Shown here: positions 52,035-64,000 of the stretch, piece by piece | How positions within the stretch are numbered: position 1 is the stretch's first letter | Layout: every line of letters starts with the position of its first letter | Origin: Heterodontus francisci | Taxonomy: Eukaryota | Direction: 5' to 3' | Assembly (NCBI RefSeq): GCF_036365525.1 | Contig: NC_090382.1 | Location: 101,800,595 to 101,864,594 of the forward strand | DNA: 64,000 nt | Position numbers and translations under genes: made by a program | The notes under the pieces: generated by a model | What the model saw: the letters and a program-made list of their open reading frames with translations, nothing else | Told to the model about the DNA's origin: nothing | Databases searched by the model: none

Positions 52035-52142
52035 CTGCAACCTTGCACTTTCTTAGACTCAGTACCAGTGCCAGGATAATGATGAGGAGAAGAGCCAGAC
52101 TTCCAAAAATAACAACATTGGTATGTTTGAAAGTGGAACGAC
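52035..52142 (-). CDS. Gene A transmembrane exon
   Basis: ttattcttctgatag / G|gtaaga boundaries; 108 nt, phase 1-1; SRSTFKHTN-VVIFGSLALLLIIILALVLSL-RKCKVA, an uncharged TM segment with a basic stop-transfer. Confidence 0.92.
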
Positions 52143-52188
52143 CTATCAGAAGAATAAGCACAGATTTCACATTTAGTTAATAGATTAA

Positions 52189-53400
52189 GGGCTAGAAATT
52201 GGTTCGCTCTGATTTGCGGGCACAGGGGCCATGATGCATAACCTGCTGCAGTTGTTGGAAACGAGGTGGGCAGCATGTAAAATTTGTGTACTAAATCCCC
52301 CAATTTCCCTGACTGTAGCACAGCCATGAGCAGCTCCCGTGCTGAACTGGTCTCCGTTGCACTGCCTGGACCATCTACGCACCGCAGGGAGACGAGTAGC
52401 ATTCTGAAGAAACCACATGCTCCAGGCAGCCTTCCCTTTTTAAAAGCGCAGTCCCTATAAAAGGGAAGTCGCAGAAATGCACTGCAGGCTCCTTGATAAC
52501 TACTCTGAAGCACTCAGAGAGAAGGAAAATGGTGCACGACATCAAAGAAGGGGCTCCCTGCTTTAGTGACGCCACTCTGGATGCACTGGTTAGAAAGGTG
52601 AAGGCCAGGAAGGAAGCTGTGTTTCCACTGAGAGGCAGGCAGCTTTCACAATTGACCTTCGGTAGGGAATGGGATTATGTGACAATGGCAGTTAATGCCC
52701 AGAGTGTGACGCCCAGGACATGGCAACAGTGACGAAAGAAGTTTAATAACCTCATTTGGATAGTCAAGGTGCATGAATGCATCTGCACGTCTGAGTTCAC
52801 ACCCACCACACTACCCACTACACAATCCACATCTCACGGTGATCAACACACCCCACCCCCAATACTCCTGCAGCAACACGCCCTGACACTGAGAACGCAC
52901 CGCTCTCATCCTTACACTAACCTCACCCACACATGTCTTCCAATCATGCCAGCCACATACACACCTGTACAAGCCTCCATAAACCTACAGCTATTCAGCT
53001 ATAGCAGGCAGCTCACCCAAACACAGTGACACACAGTCACTGACATTCTACCCTCTCTTTTGTAGGAGAAGGTCACCAATAACAGGTAGGAGACTCACAG
53101 GACTGGCAGGTGACCAGCACAGAATTATTGGGACCAATGCCATGAAGCCAGTGACACTTAGCACTGCCAAGGCCATTGATGATGATGATGATGCTGCCTT
53201 ATGCACCTTTTCCACTGACTCCTGCTATGAAATGGAAATTGCAAACTGTGAACCTCCTGCTTTCCTCCCAACCCTCCCCTCCCCTTCTGCTTTTGTGCTT
53301 TGAAATTATCATGAATTACCACCTGGTCAGTCAATGCAGCCTCATGAGGAAGGGCCAGAGCAACAGCTGACCTCTGAGGAAGAAGCAACATCACTTGAGG
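52189..53400 (+). mobile_element. Harbinger-type element remnant with a Myb/SANT-like ORF
   Basis: taa|gggctagaaatt terminus; APCFSDATLDALV...W..VTMAVNA.SV.PRTWQQ*RKKFN. Confidence 0.7.
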
Positions 53401-53759
53401 ATGTAACTAGTGGGATGGATAAGGGGGAAGCAATGTGTATTTGGATTTCAGTTTCTCCCTATTTACTCTGTCCAGACCCCTCATAATTTTGAATACCTCT
53501 GTCAAATCTACTCTCAACCTTCTCTTCTCGAAGGAGAACAGTCCCATCTTTGCCAATCTATCCAAATAACTGAAGTTTCTCATCCCTGGAACTATTCCTA
53601 TAAACCTGTCCTGCACCCTCTCCAAGGCCTTCACATGCTTCTTACAGTGTGGTGCCCAGAATTGGACACAATACTCCATTTGCAGCTGAACCAGTGATTT
53701 ATAAATGTTCACCATAACTTCCTTGCTTTTGTGCTGGTGTTGACCAAGATTGTGTCATC

Positions 53760-55235
53760 GCATCAACATTCTTCTCCATCTTCCTCACTGCAATTTTGCA
53801 CCTCACCTCCAGCAATCCCGCCACAGGAGCAGTGATAACTTACAGGATGGACAGGAAATTATTCAACCTCCGTCACCTCCACTCCAAAATCAAAGCTCAC
53901 ACTAAGCTCAGTCATTGAGCTTCAGTATGCGGATGATGTTTGTGTATGTGCTCACTCAGAGACTGAGCTGCAAGTCATCATTGACTCCTTCACTGAAGCA
54001 TACGAGAGGATGGGTCGTACTTTAAACATCCAGAAGACTGAGGTCCTCTTCCAACCCACTCCCACAGTACAGCATCATCCCCCATCAACTAGGATCCACA
54101 GTGAGACCCAGTAAATGTGGACCAATTTCTCCAGAGTCTCCCCTCAACGAAGGCAGACATAGATGAGGAAGTCCACCAGCACCTTTAGTGTGCCAGCTCT
54201 GCTATTGGCTGACTGAGGAAGAAAGTATTTGAGACCTCAAACCCAGGACGAAGGTCGTGACATATTGGGTAGCAGCGATCCCTGTGCTCCTATTTGTTTC
54301 TGATACAATCTATAGCAGCTATCTCCAGGCACTGGAGAAATCTCATCAACGCTGTCTCCACAAGATCCTTCACATGCGTTGGTAGGAGAGGCGGTCTAAT
54401 GTCAGTACCCTCTCCCAAGACAACATTCCCAGCATCAAGGTGCTCATCACCCAAAACCTGCTTCGCTGGGCGGGTCACGTCACTCACATGTCTAACACCA
54501 GGTTCCCAAAGCAACTGTTCGACTCTGAGCTTTGCCACAGCAAATGACTCCCAGGAGAACAGTGGAAACACTTTAGGGACGTTCTCAAAGCATTCCTGAA
54601 GAAATCCAACATACCCACCAAATCACAGGTGTCCCTGCCCCTCAACTGGACGGCACAGTGGCGCAGTGGTTAGCACCGCAGCCTCACAGCTCTAGCAACC
54701 CGGGTTCAGTTCTGGGTACTGCCTGTGTAGAGTTTGCAAATTCTCCCTGTGACCGCGTGGGTTTCTGCCGGGTGCTCCGGTTTCCTCCCACAGCCAAAGA
54801 CTTCCAGGTTGAGAGGTAAATTGCCCCTAGTGTAGGTAGGTGGTAGGAGAATTGTGGGGATGTGGTAGGGAATGTAGGATTAATGTAGTATAAATGGGTG
54901 GTTGTTGGTTGACACAGACTCGGTGGGCCGAAGGGCCTGTTTTAGAGCTGTATCTCTCTATGACTCTAATTGCACTAAGTGGAGACGGTTTATTCGGAAA
55001 GGTACTGAGCACCTCGTGAGATTTCGACATGAGCACACAGAGGCCAAGTCCAGGCAGTGGAAGGAGCATACAGTCCCCCAAGTAACTCGCTTCTCCAACT
55101 CTTCAAACACCACATGCCCCACATGTGGTGGAGTCTGCAGTTCACCCATCGGACCCATTAGCCATGTCAGAGCGCATGGAACCGGAGTGGAAGCAAGTCA
55201 TCCTCGGTCCTGAAGGACGGCCTAAGAAGGAGACG
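53760..55235 (+). mobile_element. RTE-clade LINE remnant with an HE1-like SINE at 54648-54969
   Basis: gagcttcagtatgcggatgat (ELQYADD), a C-terminal CPTCGGVC motif and the SINE head ggcacagtggcgcagtggttagcaccgcagcctcacagc. Confidence 0.8.
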
Positions 55236-56866
55236 GATCTATGACTCTATTTATAAAACCCAGGATGCTGTATGTCTTATTAACTGTTTTTCAACCTGCC
55301 CTGCCACCTTCAACGGTGGGATCCTGGGCTTTATAAATCGAGGCATAGAGTACAAAAGCAAGAAAGTAATGATGAACCTTTATAAAACATTGGTTTGGCT
55401 TCAAATGGAGTATTGTGTCTAATTCTTGGCACCACACTTTAAAAAGAATGTGAAGGCTTCAGACGGGGCAAGAGAAAAGATTTAGGAGAATGGTTCCAGA
55501 GTTTACAGACTTCAATTACAAGCATAGATTGGAGTAACTGGGGCTGTTCTCCTTAGAGAAGAGAAGTTTGAGAGGAGATTTGATAGAGGTGATCAAATTC
55601 ATGTGGGGTCTAGACAGAGTAGATTGAGAGAAACTGTCCTCTTTGGCAGAGGAGTGGAGACCCAGAGGACACCAATTCAAGGTCATTGGCAAAAGAACCA
55701 GAGGCCACATGAGAAATCATTTTCTTTACATGGTGAGTGGTTAGGATCTGGAATGCACTACCTGAGACGGTGGTGAAGGCAGATTCAATCATGGTTTCAA
55801 AAGGGAATTGGATAAGCAATGAAGTTTAGAAATTTTCAGGGTTACAGGGAAAAGGGTGTGTGGGATTAGCTGAATTGCTCTTGCAGAGAGTCACCATAGA
55901 CTCGACAGGCCAAATGGCCTCCTTCTGTGCTGTAACCGTTCTGATTGGCATCCTTCCCTCGATGAAAGATGATGGACAGGCAGCAAACAATCCATTTAGG
56001 TGGGGTGTCTTCTCTTGGTGCACCTTCGCTGGCTCTGATGATGTGAAGGCCAATCCTTGAGAGGCATGTTCTGCCACAAATGCTGCACATGAGGCTGCCA
56101 AGTGTCATTGTGAGCTGTTGTTTTCAATGTTGGCGCCTGTTGCCAAGCTGCTGTAATAATTGGTCATCATGGTAGTGCACACTAGTCCACAGAATGTGTC
56201 GCCATTTCCCTCTTTCACCAGTTAGTGACTCCCAGGTGTGATAGTCAACACTTAGGAACTTCATGTCATATTAGCAGCCATCCATGAGGCGGAGCTTTGG
56301 GTGCTCCACTGGTCATCTGGCCCCTGCTACCTCACCATACAGAAGGTCCTTGGGTATGCGACTGACTGAAATAGTGGCTGAAAATGGGCACTACACACAG
56401 GAATGATGGATGCAAATCCTTTCTTCTGTTTTGCACCTGAATAGTACTACATCTGAATTTCCTCTGTGGCTTTTCAGATAGCTGGCCTTCAAGTTAGTTG
56501 ACCAATGTAAATTGCATGGAACTGAGTGTCGGAGTCCTGTACACCCAGATCCCCGACTGTATTGCTGGCCGAAATTCAGAAACAGGTTTACTTCAAAACA
56601 AGAAACCTGGAATTATAGCTTCCAGAGCTATAAAGTTCCATTTACTCAAGTAAATTGCAAGCAAGTAATTCTGACTGCTTCAGGTGATGTCCCCCAAGGG
56701 GTCAGTATTAGGATCACTGTGCTTTTTGATATAAGTTATTGATCTGGACTTGGGTAGAAAGGGTGTAATTTCAAAGTTGCTAAATGACACAAAACTCTGA
56801 AATGTAGCAAACAGTAAGAAGGATGGTAACAAACTTGAGGAGGACATAGACTGATGAAATGAGCAG

Positions 56867-57851
56867 TGTGACAGAAACCACACATGCCAAATGGAAACAT
56901 ACTAATTTTGTCATATGGAACACTTTTTCAACTTTTACTGGACACTGAACATAACTTGTTTAAAATAAAACACAGAGCTGAATGGCTGAAAACATGGCTG
57001 CACATTTGCATTCTGAGAGACAATGGGAGTGCTCCCTGATTCAATTAGTCAGATGGGTTTTGTCAATAATGATGATCAACAGGCATTGAGAGCCATTGGT
57101 TATGTAAGAGCCAGCACTCCACAGACAATCACCCTCCACACCCCCACCGAGTGTGTCTAGTAAGCTTTGAAGAATCAACAACCCTCACAGACGATGCCTT
57201 TGCAAACAAAGCTGGTCACATGACTAACTTGCTGGCCAACCTGGCAATTGATTGAATTGTGCCTCACAGAAAAGTTCAGGGAGACTGAAATTATGAAGAC
57301 CAAAGAGAAGCAAAGTCTCTCTCTCTGTCTCTCTCTCCAGCAAAGTTCCAGGGACCCATGGAAGCAACGCAAGCCTCAAGAGAGAAGACCCATGCAGCCT
57401 TCTGATACCAACGAAACAAGTTGACAGTCTGCATTGGGCCCCAATGAGAACTGCAAGACTTAACTGCAATCAAAGACTTAACAGCAAAACTACAACCAAT
57501 AACTGAATTCCATTTACTACTCCAAACCCTTCCCCTTTAATTCTTTCTCCTCCTCTGTATCTATTTGTGTGTGTGTTTATCGCGTTTGCATGCTCGCGTG
57601 GTTGCGTTGCGTATTTTTAGTAATTTTAACGGTGTTGGAGTGTTAAGGTTAATAAACTTACAGCTTTCTTGTTTAAACCTGAGAAAGCCTGTCTGATTGG
57701 TTCCTTTACAATTACAATTAGACAGCACGAGCAAGGACTCACTGAGGTGAAGCTAAAGACACTGTGTTTTTTAAAGTTAAACCCTGTTACAGCCAAAATA
57801 GAAAAGGGGCCAGAGGGGCGCTTGAGACCCCTTCCTCACCTGGTCATAACA
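56867..57851. mobile_element. Solo LTR inserted in a CR1 fragment
   Basis: tgtgac...cataaca termini, TSD GCAG, and CR1 sequence continuous across the insert. Confidence 0.8.
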
Positions 57852-58629
57852 GCAGACACATGTAGTATGAAATTTAATGCAGAGAAATGAGAAGTGATTT
57901 GGTAGGAAGAAGGAGGAGAGGCAATTTCAACAAAATGGAATAATTTTAATGGGGCGCAGGAACAGCAAGGCCTCGGAGTTCACAAACCTAAATCTTTGAA
58001 TGTGACAGAAAAAGTTGATGAGGCTGGGATTAATCAGTGGAAGGGCATAGTACAAAAGCAAGAAAATTTCACTAAAAACTGAGATGTGAAGGAATTTTTT
58101 CTCTCAGAGGGTCGTGAATCTCTGGAATTCTCTGCCTCAGAGAGTTGTGGAGGCTAGGTCACTAAATGTATTTAAGGAGGAGGTAGATAGATTTTTGAAA
58201 TCTCGGGGAGTCGAGGGTTAGGCAGAGCAGGCCAGAAAGAGAGGTTGAGGACTGGGACAGATCAGCCATGATCTTATTGAATGGCGGGGCAGGCTTGAGG
58301 AGCTGAATGGCCTACTCCTGCTCCTACTTCTTATGTCCTTATTTAAGATAATTAGCAAAAGAACCAGAGCAAAGATAAAGCGAATTATTTTATGCAGTGA
58401 GTTATTATAACCTGGAATGCACTGCCTGAAAGGGCGGTGGAAACAGATTCAATCATAACTTTCAAAAGGAAATTGGATAAATATTTGAAGAGTAAATATT
58501 TGCAGGATGATGGAAGACGAGGGAAGTGAAGCTAATTGGACAGTTCTTTTTAAAGAATCGCACAGTCCTAAGTGGCCAAAATTACTTCTTTCTGTGCTGA
58601 AAGATTCTGTGATTTCCAGTTGATTCCAG

Positions 58630-59030
58630 GCTGATGTCATTCCCCAGCCAATTAGTCCCAGTCCATTAATTCCCCAGCAAATTGTTCCCCGAGGAACATT
58701 CTCAGACCCATAATTCCCTGGCCAATCAATCATTTCCCCCCAATCATTCCACACCGAACATTCCACCCAATCATTCCCTGACCAGTCATTTTCTACCCAA
58801 TTGTGATCACTTTCCTGATTGTCTGACAGAAGTCATGTCAGTAAAGCATGAGGAACCATATTCAAATGTGTATAGTCACAGAGTGAAAGGAAGCAAGTTA
58901 TTTCTGCTCCTTTCCTGAGTTGATTTCACATGAATCTAAGCCAGTACGCTAACCATTCAATCAATCATTTCACAACCAATCATTGGCTAATTAACTATTC
59001 TTTCCCCAACCAATCATTCAGCAGCCAATG
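58630..59030. repeat. Degenerate tandem repeat, unit about 15 bp (cattccccagccaat-like)
   Basis: Repeated cattcc...ccaat units at 58635-58800 and 58950-59030. Confidence 0.55.
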
Positions 59031-60187
59031 GTTTCCACTTCCAGGATTTCCTGCCAGAAGTGATATTGGATGAGTATGGGTCATGTCCAAATGACTGGGA
59101 TTGACAGAGTGACATTAAGGGCTGAATTTTCACTTTGGGGGTGGGAAAAAAGATCCAAGCCCATTTCCAGGTCCTGAAGCCATCCCCGGGGGGATTGCTG
59201 AACTTTGACCTGGGCGCCTCCTTCATTGGCATGGAAACAGGTATCCTCTTCAATTAAGGGAAGCAAGCACCCTCTCGAAGCTGCAGGATCAACCAGTGGG
59301 CTTCCAGATTCAGAGCAGCACCTGGCTACAGTAATAGGTGGGTAACTGAGAGGGTGCTTCAACAAGAAGCCACTTTAAAAAGAAATTTAAACCAAAAATA
59401 CAGAAAACAGCCAGGCCACCGCTATCTGGAGGGGAACCCCCCTACAGGCTGGACCTCCACTCAGGCAGACCAGCAGTGCCTATAGGCCTGCCTGCAGTGC
59501 CAGTACACAGCATGAAACTGGATGCCTCCCTCCAAACAGTTAAACTGCACTACCCACACCCCCACCCTACCACCCAACTCCCCCGTTGCATCAGAAACTG
59601 GAAGCTGATTGGAAAATCACAGCTCACCTCCAGTATATACCCTCAACAAGGCTCTTAATGAGCTGAATTGCTTGTCCCCTTCATAGGGGCAGCCTTGCCA
59701 GGGCCCAAACCCGCGTTGACCAAAATGCCGATGCTGGGAATGGGGTCAGGAAACTGGCATGCTGGGAGGCCTCTTAATTATCCAACCCCATTCGCTTACA
59801 TTCTCAAACTCAGTGGAGCATGAAAATTCAACGCCTATGTGTCACATTTTCCACCATTACTCACTAGCACAACACGAGATGCAAGGAAAACTGCAATGTG
59901 ACCAGCATCTAGTCTTATTACAGTGGGCAAGGGGGGAATTTAGCATTTCAAAGATTCCTTACGGGAGTATAATGGACCTAAAAGACTTTTTTTTGCATTT
60001 ATTCATTTTCAATCCTCTCCGTAGCTTCGAGCTGTTTCGTTTGACTTTTTGATGTTTATATATGCAGACCTATCCTGTGAACTCTTAATAATGTGGAGTG
60101 CAACAGAATAAGAAGTTATCATAATTAAAGAGTATTAAGTGACCAGAATTGTCTTTGAAAATGACAAGCAAAATCTGAGAGACTTAC

Positions 60188-60457
60188 TGTTAAACTTCAG
60201 ATAATATGGAATTAAAACCTTGGGTGTGTTTTGATGAAGTAAAACACATGTCCAGTTCTCTCTGTCTCTATCGGTTTTCTGAATAATCAGCTGCAAAACA
60301 TCCTCTTCCTGTTTTTGTTCCTTCAATGTTTTCTCTGCAACAGTTTTGCCATCACTACTGATCCAAACAAGTCTCATTGATTCAGTGACATCAGAGACAG
60401 AGCAGGTCAGGGTAACAGTGTCTCCCTCAGTCACTGCATCAGGTGGTTCAGTTGTGA
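60188..60457 (-). CDS. Gene A Ig exon D8 (D4-type, WxC)
   Basis: 270 nt, phase 1-1, AG/GT boundaries; VTTEPPDAVTEGDTVTLTC...ENWTCVLLH...YYLKFN. Confidence 0.93.
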
Positions 60458-60535
60458 CTGTGGAAACAAGAAAATCATTTAGATTTTAAACAATAACATG
60501 ATCATTTAAAACCATGGGAACATTCTGTCTCCTAC

Positions 60536-60874
60536 CTTTAACTGTGATTAGTTTGATGGTCACAAAATTATATGATCCCAGAGAACATGTGTAAATTCCT
60601 GAATCTTCAAACAATACAGGGACAATCTGCACATTGAAGTTGTTGCCATTAAAGTTTGTCTCGGTGGGCACCAGTCGACTCCCAAAGTAGGTCCTGTTTA
60701 TATTGATAGGCTCAGATCTGTAAGTAGAAGCTATTTCTTCTTTTTGATTCTGAAAATAACGTGATGACCAGGTCCATTTAGTTTCAGTGTAATCAGATTG
60801 AACTTCACAACTTAGGTAGAGTTCACTGTGATCCGTGACTGACCGATAAAGTGTGTATATTATGTTGTGTAACT
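60536..60874 (-). CDS. Gene A Ig exon D7 (D3-type V-set)
   Basis: ctattgcag / G|gtagga boundaries; 339 nt, phase 1-1; ELHNIIYTLYRSVTDHSELYLSCEVQSDYTETKWTW...FEDSGIYTCSLG...KLITVK. Confidence 0.93.
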
Positions 60875-62130
60875 CTGCAATAGACAGACAGGAAACAAGA
60901 TGTTAGATTTTTATAGTTCCTGAGATACAGATGTTGTAAATTTCCACAGGACCAAACAGCGTCCTCCTGGTATGTCAGCTGGGAGTGCAGCATTAGGACA
61001 GGGAAATCGGCTGGGACCTGGATACACTGGCTGCTGGCCCAGGCTGATAGTTCTTTAAATGTCAGGTTGCAAGTCCATCTGCCTTAAATATGGCTCAGTC
61101 AAAGTGATATTTCTCCATGGACAGTAGATTTGTTAAACTGTCTCAGCAATTAATTATCAACAAATGCCTCATTCCCATTGTATTGGTACATCTGGTCCCA
61201 TTGTGAATAGGAGGTCAAATAGAGACAGAATCATTGATGGCCTGAATGGTCTCCTTCTATGCTATTATGACTCGATGACTCTATGACATAGGCAGGTCCA
61301 TCAAAGAGTGCAATGTCAGTCTAGCTTGATAGAGAAAGCAGCAAGGGGAAGCTTTGACTAATTTCTGAACTCCAGCAGGTCGGAGGTTCATTCGGAGTTA
61401 ATTTGTTTAGGTTAATTAGTTGACCCACTGGTTTGGAACAGTGAGGCATGTTCATTATTTTGAACTTATGCACAAAGACAGGTAATACTGATTAAACTAA
61501 GTGAATCCGATCATAACTGTTATTCTGTATGTTCCCTTGCTGTGAAATAAAGCACTTAAACTGACTTTGTCTCACCAAGGATTTTTTAGGCTGTCTTCAA
61601 AAAATACTAAAGATGCATGTGCGATAGACACAAATATCCAGTTTAGATCACAGGGGAATCTTATTCTTACACCCCAGGCTGTGCCATCACATAATCAGTC
61701 ATTGGGCAGTATGAGATTAACCCTGAATGTAAGATGCTCAGACCATTTTAGTGAGTGACCAGCACCACTGTACCCAAGAGAATGTTTCAGGAATGACCCT
61801 AATCTTTTAACATCAGTGTTGGGTGCCTTTAATTTGTTTGTATTTCTCTATTCCAATGTCGACTGGAAAGGCATTTCCTTTATTCAATTGATGGATTTTA
61901 TTCTTTTTGATTCACAAACATGAATTGAAATGAATCCATTGAATTCACCTGGTTGGTTACATCAGTTCTTAATGTCCCCATTTTATATTTACACCCATGT
62001 TCCAGGGTAAAAACAAGGACCACATTCTGCAGTAAATCCCACAGTGGTTTCTGTGCTCACTGTACTTTGTGTGTAACAGTTTTATATTAGTTATTATTTA
62101 ATACCTACTGCAAGGTAGCTCTGGACTTAC

Positions 62131-62403
62131 CCAGATCCACATCAACATTTGTGTTTCCACTGAGAACAATGGAGTCATTTTCATGCACTTCCCATGTATA
62201 TAAATTCTGATTCTCTGCTCCAACTTGTCTGACTATCAGATAGACTGTGTTATTCAGATGGATCTCATCAATATTGTTCCTCCTGTTCTGCTGAGATGAG
62301 TCTCTTGGTTTCCAGTGAAGACTGACTGTATCTGAGAGTCTGGAGATGGTACAGCTGAGGGTGATGTCACTGCCTATTACAGGCCTCTGTGAATCTGTCT
62401 CAA
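62131..62403 (-). CDS. Gene A Ig exon D6 (D2-type, F-strand Cys replaced by Trp)
   Basis: 273 nt, phase 1-1; VETDSQRPVIGSDITLSC...NLYTWEV...VDVDL. Confidence 0.93.
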
Positions 62404-63249
62404 CTGTAAAAAACAGATAAATGAAGCTTAGAATTCTCAATAAGTGTTCTGAACTATTGCATTCAGAACTTTCTTTTTTTTACAAAGACACAGTGGTGGG
62501 AATTTTATTTCAATGTGAGGGTGGGAACGGGGCGGATGGTCATTTAACCCGCCCCCCGTGTGGGCATGCTGTTTTCCCGACACAAAACCAACACACTCAA
62601 TGTTTAAAAAGCTCCACCAAGAGCCAGAGGAGACAATCCGTCCGAGATCGATGATTGGTCACTTAGACCTCTTAGCAAACTTGTTGTTTGTTGACCATTT
62701 TGAATTTTCTTTGTAGGCTCAGGATCCACACAGGGTCTCAAACCACAACAGGGAGGAGAAGTTGCAAACACAATGGAGAGACAACAGCAAGAGGCACCAT
62801 TAAAGAGAGAAGGCTCAGAAAAGGCCCTCATTCACAGGCAGTCAGTTTTATAGAGACAGGAGAATTATCTGTCCTGTTACTTCGCTCTTGACAAGGACAT
62901 TGGGTGGGAGGCGATTGCTTTAGAGGGTGTGGACGGTCCCTTCTGCTTAGAGGCCTCACGGATTCATGAGTGAGGTGTTCCTGAAGACTACACATTCCAA
63001 CTGAAAAGAAGGAAGGACATAACAGGAAATGGGATCAAGCGATTCTGAGATTGGATCAACTTGCAATGAGGAGCAGCATCCGCTGGAGCAGAGGCAAACC
63101 CCTGGGCACCAGGAGCGAGGAAGGAGGGGCAGGAAGGCAACAAAGACAATACCCTCAACAGAGCATCGACCACCAAAGGAGAAACTACCTGGACATGTAG
63201 GAGTGTCAGTGCTGCAGAAGGCTGTACCTGTCCAATTAGATTGTTGCTG

Positions 63250-64000
63250 ACATGTGTACCCTTGTTAAGGGCCATCTGAGGGTTTGTGGAAACCATCACT
63301 ATAGCCTTCCCATGACTGTAAATGTCACAGTGGCCTTGCATTATTTTGTAACTGGGTCCTTCCAGGGAATGGCAACAGTCATTGGTGGCATCTTGCAGGC
63401 AGCAGCACATCATTGCATCACAGAGGTAACGGACACCGAGAGGTCAGGGGATTCCACTGAATTCCAAATGGATAGTGGCACTCAAGCTCAAAGAGCAGTG
63501 ATATTTGTCTCCATCACTGAATTCCCTCAGGTGCAGGGAATCTTTGATTGCTTGCATGCACCAACTGGGAGATTCCTCAACAGGAAGGGATTCCATTCCC
63601 GAAACATTCAGCTGGTATGCAACCACAACAAGTGCTTTATACAGGTGCGTGAACGCTATCCTGGAAGCTGCCATGAAGCCTTCATCCTTTGTTAATTTCA
63701 GGTCCTGAAGCTCTTCATGGTGCAATGGGAAATCTGTGGATGGCTGTTAGCAGATAAACCTTTTCCAATGAGGAGATGGCTGATGGTTCCAGTGCATAAT
63801 CCTGCCTTGGAGGCTGAGAGACACTACAACAGATGCCACCTGAGCACAAGGGTTATTACTGAGCAGGTCATCGGCCTCATGAAGATGATGTTCAGGTGCC
63901 TTGGCCGGTCACGTGGCTCCTTTCAGTACACTCCCTCAAGGGTCTCACGCATTGTGGTGGCCTGTTGCACAGTTCATAGCATGTCCTTGACAAGGGAGAA
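63250..64000 (+). mobile_element. Harbinger (HARBI1-like DDE) transposase remnant
   Basis: FPQVQGIFDCLH...NRKGFHSRNIQLVC...RYPGSCHEAFIL; the element probably begins near 62495. Confidence 0.85.

Noticed and set aside
58630-59030. CRISPR-like array or CCAAT promoter cluster
   Set aside because: Eukaryotic intron; a degenerate tandem repeat without unique spacers.
990-62403. Calling the genes CD4 or LAG3
   Set aside because: The ectodomain resembles them, but the tail lacks the CxC Lck motif and the LAG-3 motifs, D1 lacks the disulfide, and no syntenic marker is in view. No symbol assigned.
63250-64000. Domesticated HARBI1 gene
   Set aside because: It has stops and deletions and lies antisense in an intron; a decayed transposon is the simpler reading.

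Overview
Repeat-rich vertebrate DNA. The repeat content (abundant CR1, HE1-like and Deu-domain SINEs, Penelope, Harbinger, RTE) points to a cartilaginous fish; this is an inference. Nearly all ORFs in the supplied track are transposon debris. Between the repeats, on the minus strand, are 15 coding exons with GT-AG boundaries and compatible phases that belong to two tandem paralogous Ig-superfamily receptor genes about 61 kb apart. The left gene (B) runs leader (23236-23323), D1 (20947-21285), D2 (17108-17377), D3 (6869-7219), D4 (6523-6792), then a second D1-type exon (D5, 2804-3148) and a second D2-type exon (D6, 990-1262) before leaving the window. I found no transmembrane or leader exon between D4 and D5. 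The right gene (A) enters with D6, D7 and D8 (62131-62403, 60536-60874, 60188-60457), a transmembrane exon (52035-52142) and five cytoplasmic exons. These encode a tail of about 120 aa with four tyrosine motifs: YSNI, ADYAEV, IHYGSV and VIYAQI. Combining the two partial genes suggests an 8-Ig-domain inhibitory receptor made by doubling a CD4/LAG-3/G6F-like V-C2-V-C2 cassette. It has the WxC signature in D4/D8, disulfide-less D1/D5 and no Lck-binding motif. There is evidence of gene conversion between copies and a coding poly-Tyr microsatellite in D3.
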